Program-made: the position numbers and the translations under genes
Part shown: piece after piece, positions 1-8,892 of the stretch
Layout of the letters: every line of letters begins with the position of its first letter
Position numbering within the stretch: the first letter of the stretch is position 1
Assembly: GCA_035637295.1 (NCBI GenBank)
Contig: DASPXM010000071.1
Location: forward strand, 3,176 to 67,175
Origin: Verrucomicrobiia bacterium
GTDB taxonomy: Bacteria; Desulfobacterota; Binatia; UBA9968
Direction of reading: 5' to 3'
DNA length: 64,000 bases
Notes under the pieces: generated by a model
What the model saw: the letters and a program-made list of their open reading frames with translations, nothing else
What the model was told of the DNA's origin: nothing
Databases searched by the model: none

Positions 1-1
1 G

Positions 2-652
2 TCGATCGAGATCATTAAAGGCATTTTAAGCGGTGAAACGCTTCAATATGCAGGCGCCCGATTCAACATCGCGCCGCCCGGGAGTCGCCTGGATCTGGAA
101 CAGTGCGGTACGTTACCTATTTACCTCGGTGCCACCGGGCCTGCGGCTCTCCGGCTTGCGGGGCAATACACCGATGGCGTTTTGTTTAACTATCCCTGCA
201 CGCCGGAATTTGTTCGCTACGCGATGCCCTTGATCGAGGAAGGACTGAAGCGAGCCGGACGAACGCTGGATAGTTTTGACGTCGCTGCTTATCTGCTCGT
301 GTCGGTGGATGAAAATGAAAAGCATGCGCTCGACGCGGCCAAGCGCTTTGTCGCCCAGAAGCTGCCCACGCGGCATGCCGATATGCTCCGCCACGCCGGC
401 GTGACCACGGCCGAGATCGATGCGGTCAGGGACAGCGTCGAGCCGCTTGGGCTGGTGAAAGCCGCTGCGGAACTCGATGACGGACTCGTGCGCAAAGTTG
501 CCATTGTCGGCACCCCTGATCAAGTGGCGCGGGGCCTAAAAGAATTCCTCGGCACAGGCCTCAAGCTGCCCATCGCCTGGGAGATCATGGGACCCGACCG
601 CCGTCGCTCGCTCGATTTGTTAGCGCGCGAGGTGATGCCACGGTTACAGTGA
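2..652 (+). CDS. LLM-class (luciferase-like) F420/flavin-dependent oxidoreductase, C-terminal part; 5' end cut by window edge
   Basis: Open frame from base 2, ends at the track stop at 652. C-terminal motifs are typical of LLM oxidoreductases (PIYLGATGPAALRLAGQYTDGVLF ... VAIVGTPDQVARGLKEF). Confidence 0.6.
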   Translation, partial: SIEIIKGILSGETLQYAGARFNIAPPGSRLDLEQCGTLPIYLGATGPAALRLAGQYTDGVLFNYPCTPEFVRYAMPLIEEGLKRAGRTLDSFDVAAYLLVSVDENEKHALDAAKRFVAQKLPTRHADMLRHAGVTTAEIDAVRDSVEPLGLVKAAAELDDGLVRKVAIVGTPDQVARGLKEFLGTGLKLPIAWEIMGPDRRRSLDLLAREVMPRLQ

Positions 653-682
653 AGCTTGTTTCGACTGAAGGAGGAAAAAATC

Positions 683-1528
683 ATGATGGCCTATCCGTAC
701 GATGACAAAAGAATCATCTTGGCGCTGCAGATCGATCATTCGCGCGTCGCCGGTTATTTTGCGGCCCACTGGGGCAACAAAGAGTTCGACCGACCGGCGC
801 CCTACAGTTCCGTCGTGCTGGCCGCTGGGGAGCACGACATCGGTTGGTGGGAATGGGAGATGTGCCCGTCGACACTCAACGATAAGGGTTATCCGCTCGA
901 TTATCACGACGGCAGTTTGAAATATCTGGGCCAGCTGCGGCTCGATTTCTACAAACACGCGGTTGACCGCGTGGTGAGTCGTGATCCTTATGCGGCGATG
1001 CTGATGGCGATGCACGGCGTGGCGCTGATGAACGCTGGCTATGGTAAGTACGCCTACCCGCCGGATCGCACTTCGGACCCGCGCGTGAAAGCCTACGTCG
1101 ACCACCAGGAAGCGCTGCGGAAAAAACTACTGGATGAATTGCGCCAGTCGGATCAGTTCAAGCAGCATTGCTCCGATGAGCAGGTCTGGAGCAATTACGA
1201 ATACATGGAAGTCTTCGATCAGCTTGCGCAATTTGTGTGCAACCGCTATCCGCTGAACAGCAAAGCGCGCAAGCTCGGTCCGACGAATTCGTTGAATGAC
1301 GTCGACGTCCCGACCAAGCGCGAACAGAAACCGGTGATGATCAACATCGACACGGTGTCGGAACACAAAGCGATTCTGCGTCCCTACCCATTCGATATCG
1401 ATCCGTTGCCGTTTTCGTTCGCCGCAAGGCTGGTGCCGAATCGCGCTTACAAAGACGGTGAAGATTTTCTCGGTGAGTTTTATCGAGCGGAACGGATCAC
1501 AATAAATCACACGTTGGCGTCGGCGTAG
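683..1528 (+). CDS. hypothetical protein (possibly DUF3891-like)
   Basis: 290-aa ORF. ATG at 683 lies 8 nt after GGAGG. No family recognised with confidence. Confidence 0.45.
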   Translation: MMAYPYDDKRIILALQIDHSRVAGYFAAHWGNKEFDRPAPYSSVVLAAGEHDIGWWEWEMCPSTLNDKGYPLDYHDGSLKYLGQLRLDFYKHAVDRVVSRDPYAAMLMAMHGVALMNAGYGKYAYPPDRTSDPRVKAYVDHQEALRKKLLDELRQSDQFKQHCSDEQVWSNYEYMEVFDQLAQFVCNRYPLNSKARKLGPTNSLNDVDVPTKREQKPVMINIDTVSEHKAILRPYPFDIDPLPFSFAARLVPNRAYKDGEDFLGEFYRAERITINHTLASA

Positions 1529-1648
1529 CGATCATCACCGCCAGAGGCTTGTCTGCAACATCTCGCGATTGTGCCTCGGGATGTCAGTACTGCGATAAAA
1601 GGCGCACTTCACTCTTTGACCTAATGTTTGACGGATTGAAGGTGACCC

Positions 1649-2158
1649 ATGAAAGAAAGCGTAGCCAATGAAGTTGTTGAAGGGCTGAAGGATGCCGGAG
1701 TGAAGTTTGCTTCCTTCCTTCCCGATAGTTGGCTCAGGCCAATTTACTCGAAAATATCCGAAGATCCACATTTCATGACGATCCCTGTTTCCAACGAAGG
1801 CGTCGGGGTGGGACTGTGTTGCGGTGCCTGGTTGGGCGGAATGAAAGCTGTGATGTTAATGGAAAACACTGGCGTTCGCATGGCTTGTGATCAACTTGCG
1901 CGTCTGGGCATCAGCGTCGGGCTTCCCTGTTTCATGATCATTCCTTATCGTGGAGACTTTGGCGATGGCCAGACGTACGTCGTCGCGCACGGCCAGACTA
2001 TGTTACCGGTTCTCGATGCATTGCGTATACCGTACTTCATCGTGCGCGATGAAAATCGCATTCGGCAATCGATCCGTCGCTGCCTCAAAACGTTGAGCGT
2101 CACCAACTATCACGTGGCGATGATTATGGGCGCCGAAGTGTGCGTCGAGAATCTTTGA
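1649..2158 (+). CDS. split TPP-dependent decarboxylase, alpha-like subunit (sulfopyruvate/phosphonopyruvate decarboxylase ComD-like)
   Basis: 169 aa, TPP-enzyme N-terminal pyrimidine-binding-domain-like sequence. Immediately followed by the partner subunit. Paralog of 31646..32152. Confidence 0.6.
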   Translation: MKESVANEVVEGLKDAGVKFASFLPDSWLRPIYSKISEDPHFMTIPVSNEGVGVGLCCGAWLGGMKAVMLMENTGVRMACDQLARLGISVGLPCFMIIPYRGDFGDGQTYVVAHGQTMLPVLDALRIPYFIVRDENRIRQSIRRCLKTLSVTNYHVAMIMGAEVCVENL

Positions 2159-2172
2159 TCAGGAGAATCGTC

Positions 2173-2766
2173 ATGCAGAGAATCGATTGTTTAAAAGCGC
2201 TGGTTCCCTATATCAAAGATCAGTTGGTGATCATCACTTTGGGCCGAACGGCGCTGGAATGGGCCGAAGTCTGCTCGCATGACGGCAACATGTTCAACTC
2301 GGGAATGGGTAATCATATTCCTGTTGCTCTGGGACTGGCGAAGGCGCTCCCGCATCGGCAGATCATTCTCCTGGACAGCGATGGAAGCGTCCTCATGCTG
2401 CTTCCGGCGCTGACAACATTGGGATCATTTCCAGCGCCCAATTTGAAAATTTTCGTCTTTGACAATGAAGCCTACGAGGGCACCGGAGGCCAGCCGACGG
2501 ATACCTCGCGCGCGGCGGACATCGCCTCCATGGCGCAGGCTGCCGGCGTGCGCGGAGCTATGACGGTCAGAGACTTGGATAAATTTAATGCTGCGGCGCG
2601 CGGCGCTTTGGCCGCGGAAGGAATGGCTTTCGTGGTCGCGAAGGTTGAGCTGTCAAAGGGACCGGCGCCGCGCAAAGATGTCGGTCACAAAGAAGGCCTC
2701 ATCCGGTTTGTGCGGTACGTCGAGAAAACCGAGAATGTAACGATTCTCCATCGCGAGCATCATTGA
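2173..2766 (+). CDS. split TPP-dependent decarboxylase, beta-like subunit (ComE-like)
   Basis: TPP-binding C-terminal-domain-like sequence (GSVLMLLPALTTLG ... FVFDNEAYEGTGGQ). ATG at 2173 with AGGAG 7 nt upstream; the track GTG at 2140 is less likely. Paralog of 32149..32748 (shared FVRYVEKTE/FVRYLERTE tail). Confidence 0.6.
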   Translation: MQRIDCLKALVPYIKDQLVIITLGRTALEWAEVCSHDGNMFNSGMGNHIPVALGLAKALPHRQIILLDSDGSVLMLLPALTTLGSFPAPNLKIFVFDNEAYEGTGGQPTDTSRAADIASMAQAAGVRGAMTVRDLDKFNAAARGALAAEGMAFVVAKVELSKGPAPRKDVGHKEGLIRFVRYVEKTENVTILHREHH

Positions 2767-2886
2767 ACGCAGGTGACGATCCCCTGTGTTTGCCGGAGAA
2801 GAGCGTAAGCACGGGCGCTTACCCCTACATCAACACCTGTTAACTACCCTGCGATGGCGGTTTTCTTGCAATTCCGGATCGTGCGA

Positions 2887-3867
2887 TTACTTGAAAACTT
2901 TGTCCAGAAAACCGCTCTGATCGAGTTCCTTCAGATAAGCTGTTTGAAAAAAATCCTGGGGCTTGTATTTCTTCGCGATCGGGTCACGGATGGCGATCGC
3001 GTCCAACACGGTTTGCATTCCCTTTTCACTGCCGTAGGGCTTTTTGGGAAGAATCCTGAGCAGGTAATCGTAAGTTTCATCCAGCGCTTCGCGGTCGTCG
3101 AGACGCATCCATTGCTTGAGGGTGGCGAGACTTTCTTCCTTGTTTTTATGAATATAAGCGATTCCTTCAACAAAGCCCCGTAGGAAACTAAGAACCGTCT
3201 GATGATTTTTCTGGGCAAAATCAACAGTCGTATCAACGGAATTGTAGGTCCACGTAATACCTGCTTCTTGAAAGCTGGCAATTTGATTGAAGCCCATTTT
3301 TCTCGCCGTCACGGTGAGCGGCGGAGAAATCACGGTGGCATCGACCGAACCGGATCGAAGCGCGGAAAAGCGTGACGTTTGATCTCCAATTCCCAGAATT
3401 ACCGCTTCCTTGTCAGGATTAATTCCCATGTTTCTTAACGCGATTCGAAGCGACAGGTCGGAGACCGATCCCAGGCGGCTGATGGCGAATTTTTTTCCCT
3501 TGAGCTGGCCGGCTGTTTTAATAGCCGGCGAAGCGACGAGAGTGTACGGCAGCGAGTCAATGAAGACCGCGAGAGTCGCGGTGTCGGCTCCGCGCATTTT
3601 TGCATCGACAATGGAACTGGTCCCGCCAGCATGAAACTGAACCGAACCCGACAACAACGTTTGGACCGCGAGAGGCCCGCCTTGAATTGTGATGACTTCG
3701 GTATCCAATCCGTGTTTCTTGAATAGGCGCCGGTCTTGCGCAACCCAAAGCGGCAGCAACTCACCACTCAAGCCGGCGCTGGCGATTCGAACAGGCGCGG
3801 CGTCGGCGGAGGGCAAAATAGAAAAGACGGCTAACCAGAACACAAGGCCGAACAAGATTCGTCGCAT
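2887..3867 (-). CDS. periplasmic NMT1/THI5-like (NitT/TauT-family) ABC substrate-binding protein, paralog 1
   Basis: ATG at 3865-3867 with GGAGG 5 nt upstream. N-terminal Sec signal peptide (MRRILFGLVFWLAVFSILPSADA). The 36-aa upstream extension in the track ORF is probably not translated. Confidence 0.7.
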   Translation of the reverse strand: MRRILFGLVFWLAVFSILPSADAAPVRIASAGLSGELLPLWVAQDRRLFKKHGLDTEVITIQGGPLAVQTLLSGSVQFHAGGTSSIVDAKMRGADTATLAVFIDSLPYTLVASPAIKTAGQLKGKKFAISRLGSVSDLSLRIALRNMGINPDKEAVILGIGDQTSRFSALRSGSVDATVISPPLTVTARKMGFNQIASFQEAGITWTYNSVDTTVDFAQKNHQTVLSFLRGFVEGIAYIHKNKEESLATLKQWMRLDDREALDETYDYLLRILPKKPYGSEKGMQTVLDAIAIRDPIAKKYKPQDFFQTAYLKELDQSGFLDKVFK

Positions 3868-3973
3868 TTTGCCTCCTTGGCGCTTGGCGCCGGCTCGGGT
3901 TCCTAGTCTCGGGTTAAACGCGAACCCGAAACTCTGAACTCGAAACTGCCGTGCAGCGAGGGAGAACTCTTGC

Positions 3974-4007
3974 ATTCAACATTGAACATTAAACCTTGAA
4001 CTTTGAA
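3974..4007 (-). repeat. five tandem 7-bp repeats (GTTCAAN on minus strand) directly after the amidohydrolase stop codon
   Basis: Plus strand reads ATTCAAC ATTGAAC ATTAAAC CTTGAAC TTTGAAC. The same unit recurs at 25773..25793. Confidence 0.5.
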
Positions 4008-5474
4008 CTAGTTGTACTGAAACTGACTGCCGACCTTTCTCGGAACGTAACGACCGACGGGATCCCCGACCATTTCCATCGCATTGCTTTGGTTCGACCA
4101 TTCCGCGACGATGTTGCCGCGGACAATCGTCATCACCGGCCAGCCTGTGAATTCCCACCCTTCATAGATAGACCAGCCGGAGGAAGTGTAGAGCATATCC
4201 GGCTTCACCGCGGCTTTTTTATTTAGGTCCACAACCACAACGTCTCCGTCCGAGCCGACTCTGATGATTCCTTTTTTGGGAAACAGCCCAAATACTTTGG
4301 CATTGCTCTCGCAACAAACCTCCACCATGCGTTCCAGGGTTATACGTCCCTGGTTAACTCCCAAGCTGAGCATCACTTGCATGTAGGCTTCCACGCGAGA
4401 TGAGAAGCCGCTGACGCTCTTCCAGACGTCACCTTTGACTTCCATTTCGCTGCGCGGCACGCCATGGTTCACGTGATCTGTGCCGACGCAGTGAATTCTT
4501 CCCTCTCGGAGCCCGGTCCAGATTCTTTCAATCGTCTCTTTGCTGCGAAGCGGAACGTTGAGCTTCCAGACGTCCCTGGCGAGAGAGAGGTAGCATGGGG
4601 CCGTCTGCGCGTAAACCGTTAGACCGTCTTTGCGCGCGCGCTGCACTTCGTCCATGGTCTCATCGCAGGTGCAGTGCTGGATGTAAAGCGGACACTTCAA
4701 CAATCCCGCGAAATAAGCAAACTGCCGGACATGGGCCGCCTCCGCGAAATGCGGGGAGCGGTCATCCCAGGCGCCGATGTCCATGCGCCCTTGTTTTTTG
4801 AGCCTCTCTTCGAGAACTCGCACGATGCCCCAGTTTTCGCAGTGAAGGCTCACGATGCCCGGAGGCCCAAGCCTGGCGACGTGCTCCATGCCTCGGTAAA
4901 CAGTTCCGTCGTCGAAGCCGAAAAATCCCATGCGCTTTTGAGAGAGCCATCCCGAATTTTCCGGTCGCATCATGTGGAGATAATACTTGAACGAGGTAAT
5001 GCCGAATTTCTCGGCGTATTCCGGGATCTCCTCGGCCTGGCCGTCATTGGCGAGGATTGGCGTTAGAAAGAAATCTACGCGCGAGTGTTTCTCACCGGCC
5101 TCTTTGAAATTCGGGAACACGTTGTTGAAAGAGACGATATCGCTCGGGTCATTTTCGAGCTTGTGTTTCATCTGCATGTTGGGACTGGTGAGCTGCATGC
5201 CCCAGGTGGTCACGCCCGTGGAAGCGGCGGCTTTGGTTTCGCTGATGAGATCGTCCGTAATCGGCCGGTGGATTCCCAGGTGGACCTCGGGGTCGATCAG
5301 ACCCGGAAGAATGTGCTTTCCGCCGACGTCGATCACCTTCTGCGCGTCAGGCAATGCGGAGTCCTTGCCGACGGCGATAAACTTACCGTCTTTTATCGCC
5401 ACTCCGCCCGCGACAATTCCGTTTGAGGAAACTATATTTCCATTCTTGAGGACCAAATCAGCGCGTTCCGCCAT
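4008..5474 (-). CDS. cyclic amidohydrolase, dihydropyrimidinase/hydantoinase family, paralog 1
   Basis: 488 aa. ATG at 5474 with GGAG 7 nt upstream. Collinear with D-hydantoinases (FKYYLH carboxylated-Lys region, GTDHVNHG, SGFSSRVEA, VFGLFPKKG, GSDGDVVVVDL). The canonical D-x-H-x-H metal motif reads DPEVH. Confidence 0.8.
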   Translation of the reverse strand: MAERADLVLKNGNIVSSNGIVAGGVAIKDGKFIAVGKDSALPDAQKVIDVGGKHILPGLIDPEVHLGIHRPITDDLISETKAAASTGVTTWGMQLTSPNMQMKHKLENDPSDIVSFNNVFPNFKEAGEKHSRVDFFLTPILANDGQAEEIPEYAEKFGITSFKYYLHMMRPENSGWLSQKRMGFFGFDDGTVYRGMEHVARLGPPGIVSLHCENWGIVRVLEERLKKQGRMDIGAWDDRSPHFAEAAHVRQFAYFAGLLKCPLYIQHCTCDETMDEVQRARKDGLTVYAQTAPCYLSLARDVWKLNVPLRSKETIERIWTGLREGRIHCVGTDHVNHGVPRSEMEVKGDVWKSVSGFSSRVEAYMQVMLSLGVNQGRITLERMVEVCCESNAKVFGLFPKKGIIRVGSDGDVVVVDLNKKAAVKPDMLYTSSGWSIYEGWEFTGWPVMTIVRGNIVAEWSNQSNAMEMVGDPVGRYVPRKVGSQFQYN

Positions 5475-5653
5475 CGTCGTTCTCCATTTCGTTGTGTCAA
5501 ATGTTCCGTGTGTCTAACCGCGGAGGCGCAGAGAGCGCGCAGTTTGTGTCTTGCGTCTCGTGTCTAGAGTCTCGGGTTTCCAACTCGAGACCCAAGAACC
5601 AAGACTCAGGACTGCTTCTTTGCGAACTCCGTGTCTCTGTGGTGAATTCCAGA

Positions 5654-7135
5654 TCATATCGGATAGGTTGCGTATCCAAGCTTCCTCGCTTGGTACTTTC
5701 CTCTCGGTTTACTCACCATCTGATGCTTCTGTTCCTTCTCATTCCACTCTGAAGCAACCTCGCCGCGCAAGATAACCTGATACGGCCAGCCGGTGACCTC
5801 CCAACCTTCAAAAATGGACCAGCCGGCGGAGGTCAAGAGCATATTTTTATTGATCGTTTGTTTCTTTTTCAGGTCCACCAGCACGATGTCAGCATCGGCG
5901 CCCACTCGGAGCACGCCTTTCTTCGGAAAAAGACCAAAGGCTTTGGCGGGATTCTCGCAACAAAACTCGACGCAGCGCGGCAAAGTGATTCGTCCCTTAT
6001 TAACGCCTTCGCTCAGCATGACCGGAAGCATCGCTTCGACTCGCGAAGAAAATCCGCTGACGGTTTTCCATACGTCGCCTTTCACTTCCATCTCTTCTCT
6101 CGGCACGCCGTGGTTCACATGATCCGATCCGATGCAATCGACATCGCCATTGGCCACAGCCTTCCAGAGCCGATCCATCGTCTGCCGATCTCGCAGCGGG
6201 ACGTTGATCTTATAGGCATCGTGGTCGAGCGTCAGGTAGACAAAGCCGGTCTCACCGATGATTTTTACTCCTTCGTTGCGAGCGAGTTTGATCTCATCGA
6301 TGCTTTCCTGGGTCGTGGTGTGAACGATGTAGAGAGGGGATTTGGTGACCCGGGCGAGATAGGCGTACTGGCGCACGTGAATGGCTTCGACAAAGTGCGG
6401 ACAACGCTCATCCCATGCAGCGTTGTCCTTGCGCCCCTGTTTGATCAAACGCGCTTGAAGGACACGGATGATTTCCCAGTTTTCCGGATGAATACAGGTG
6501 ATACAGGGAGGACCCAATCGTCCGACGTGCTCCATTCCAATGTAGACGGTCCCGTCGTCGAACCCATACACGCCAATCTTTTTCTGCGGCTCCCACTGTC
6601 CTAAAGTCTCCTGTCCGCGCTTCAGATGAAGATAATATTTGTAGGAGGTCGCGCCATATTTCTCCGCCAGCAGCGGAATCTCTTCGACCTGCGCGTCGTT
6701 CGCGACAAGCGGGGTTAAAAAGTAATCCACCATCGAGTGCTCGTTGCCCATATCCTCGTACGCCGACATGACGTGACTGAAAGGCACGCTGTCCTGAATC
6801 TCTTTAACTGGTTTGAAGGTGCGGCTAATCGTGGGACTTGTGAGCATCATGCCCCAGGTAGTAACTCCCCCCGCGATGGCCGCCTTAGTTTCCGAGACGA
6901 AATCGTCTTGCAACGAACGGTGAACGCCGAGATGCGTCTCCGGGTCGACGACACCCGGCAAAACGTAATTTCCCTTCGCGTCGATTGTCTTTTTTGCCGG
7001 AAAGGCGCTCAAATCGGTTGCAATCGCAGCGATCTTCTCTCCCTTAATTCCGATGCTCGAAGATATGACATCCGGCGGGATAACCAGCTTTCCATTGTTG
7101 ATGACTAAATCAAATTCCATAGGTCCGCTGGCCAT
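5654..7135 (-). CDS. cyclic amidohydrolase, dihydropyrimidinase/hydantoinase family, paralog 2
   Basis: 493 aa. Same motif set (VVDPETHLGVHR, YKYYLH, GSDHVNHG, AFGLFPKKG). ATG at 7135 verified. Confidence 0.8.
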   Translation of the reverse strand: MASGPMEFDLVINNGKLVIPPDVISSSIGIKGEKIAAIATDLSAFPAKKTIDAKGNYVLPGVVDPETHLGVHRSLQDDFVSETKAAIAGGVTTWGMMLTSPTISRTFKPVKEIQDSVPFSHVMSAYEDMGNEHSMVDYFLTPLVANDAQVEEIPLLAEKYGATSYKYYLHLKRGQETLGQWEPQKKIGVYGFDDGTVYIGMEHVGRLGPPCITCIHPENWEIIRVLQARLIKQGRKDNAAWDERCPHFVEAIHVRQYAYLARVTKSPLYIVHTTTQESIDEIKLARNEGVKIIGETGFVYLTLDHDAYKINVPLRDRQTMDRLWKAVANGDVDCIGSDHVNHGVPREEMEVKGDVWKTVSGFSSRVEAMLPVMLSEGVNKGRITLPRCVEFCCENPAKAFGLFPKKGVLRVGADADIVLVDLKKKQTINKNMLLTSAGWSIFEGWEVTGWPYQVILRGEVASEWNEKEQKHQMVSKPRGKYQARKLGYATYPI

Positions 7136-7372
7136 AAGCTATTTTCCCTTTCTGAGATCTTGATTTTAGGTCGATGATGGTTGTTTGACTTCTTATGGAG
7201 CTACAACAGGGAACTGGTTCTTGTCAATTCAATCGAGTCGTGAAGAACCCAAGTATTAATCGCTGCGATGAAGTGGATATATGTGAACTAAACTATGTTG
7301 GCAGAAAAGGTGAGCTGTGATAGAGGAGCAACCCAGTGAAAAGCGCGACAATAATTTGAGGAAATAACTATT

Positions 7373-8845
7373 ATGGCTCTCGGTGAGATGGACCTCGTGA
7401 TCCAACATGGGCAGGTGGTGACCAGTAGTGGGGTGAACGAGCTGGCAATCGGTATCAAGGACGGGAGGATTGCCGCTTTAACTTCGGGAACCGAATCGGT
7501 CGAGGCGCGGCAAACTATTGATGCTGAGGGCAAATATGTCTTGCCCGGGATTGTGGACCCCGAAAATCACATGGGAACGCATCGTCCACTGAAAGACAGC
7601 TTAAATAGTGAGACGCAAGCTGCAGCCGCCGGCGGAGTAACTACCTGGGGAATGATGCAGGCGAGTCCCAAGCTCAGAAAAAAATATATCCATGAACCTG
7701 AACCGAGAGATGTTGTCCCGTTTTCAGAGGTCATGCCGGAGTTCATCGAGATCGTTGAATCGCATTCTTTTGTGGATATTTTTCTTACCGGCTTTATTAC
7801 AACTGATGAACAGGCACTCGACATTCCGAAAGTGGCCCGAGAATTCGGCGTCACGTCCTTTAAATATTATCTTCACATCATGCAGGGAGCACGGACTCAG
7901 GCTCAGTGGGCCGGGCGCGAGCGAGGCGGCTGGCTGGGCTTCGATGACGGAACGATTTATCTGGGGATGGAGAAAGCAGCCGAAATCGGACCTCCCGGAA
8001 TCATCTGCATCCACCCTGAGAACTATGAGATCGCCCGCATATTCGAGGATCGGCTCAAGCGGGCGGGACGGACGGACATGGCCGCTTGGGATGAGCGCTC
8101 ACCTCATTTTTGTGAAGCGGGACATGTGAGGACTTATGCTTATTACGCAGGCGTCACCGGCTGCCCGCTCTACGTCGTGCATACGACGACACAAGAATCC
8201 ATAGACGAGATCCTCAAAGCCAGAGCGGAAGGCGTTAAGATTTACAGTCAAACCGGCCACCATTATCTGACCTTGTCGCACGATGTGTGGAAGATCAACG
8301 TTCCGCTTCGCGATGAAGCGACGATGGCTCGACTGTGGGAAGCTTTGCGAGCGGGGCACATCGACTGCATCGGGACTGACCACGTCGATTGGGGAATGTC
8401 GCGCGATCAGATGGACAAGGGCAATGTCTGGGAAACCAGCAGCGGCTTCCCGTCGCGAGTGGAGGCGTATTTGCCGGTGATGCTGACCGAAGTTCACAAA
8501 GGAAAGATTTCTCTGGAAAAACTGGTCCAGGTGTGTTGTGAGAATCCCGCACGGATTTTCGGCCTCTACCCCAAAAAGGGAGCGATCGGCGTTGGCTCCG
8601 ATGCCGATTTGGTGATCGTCGATCTCGAGCGAACCGCGAAGGTGACACAGGACATGATCTACAGCTCCGCTGGCTGGTCAATCTGGGAAGGCAAAGAGCT
8701 TAAAGGCTGGCCGGTCATGACCATTCTTCGCGGAAGGGTCATCATGGAGTGGCCCGACGGCGCGCCGCACGCGATTATCATGAGTGAAAAGCCTGCCGGC
8801 CGCTATGTGCCGCGCAAACCCGGCCACCAGCTTTATCCGATCTAA
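7373..8845 (+). CDS. cyclic amidohydrolase, dihydropyrimidinase/hydantoinase family, paralog 3
   Basis: 490 aa. ATG at 7373 with GAGGAAA 9 nt upstream. Motifs IVDPENHMGTHR, FKYYLH, GTDHVDWG, IFGLYPKKG. Confidence 0.8.
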   Translation: MALGEMDLVIQHGQVVTSSGVNELAIGIKDGRIAALTSGTESVEARQTIDAEGKYVLPGIVDPENHMGTHRPLKDSLNSETQAAAAGGVTTWGMMQASPKLRKKYIHEPEPRDVVPFSEVMPEFIEIVESHSFVDIFLTGFITTDEQALDIPKVAREFGVTSFKYYLHIMQGARTQAQWAGRERGGWLGFDDGTIYLGMEKAAEIGPPGIICIHPENYEIARIFEDRLKRAGRTDMAAWDERSPHFCEAGHVRTYAYYAGVTGCPLYVVHTTTQESIDEILKARAEGVKIYSQTGHHYLTLSHDVWKINVPLRDEATMARLWEALRAGHIDCIGTDHVDWGMSRDQMDKGNVWETSSGFPSRVEAYLPVMLTEVHKGKISLEKLVQVCCENPARIFGLYPKKGAIGVGSDADLVIVDLERTAKVTQDMIYSSAGWSIWEGKELKGWPVMTILRGRVIMEWPDGAPHAIIMSEKPAGRYVPRKPGHQLYPI

Positions 8846-8892
8846 CTCAGCGAAGCGAAATTTTTTTCGGTACTGACTGGAGGAAATTGCTT

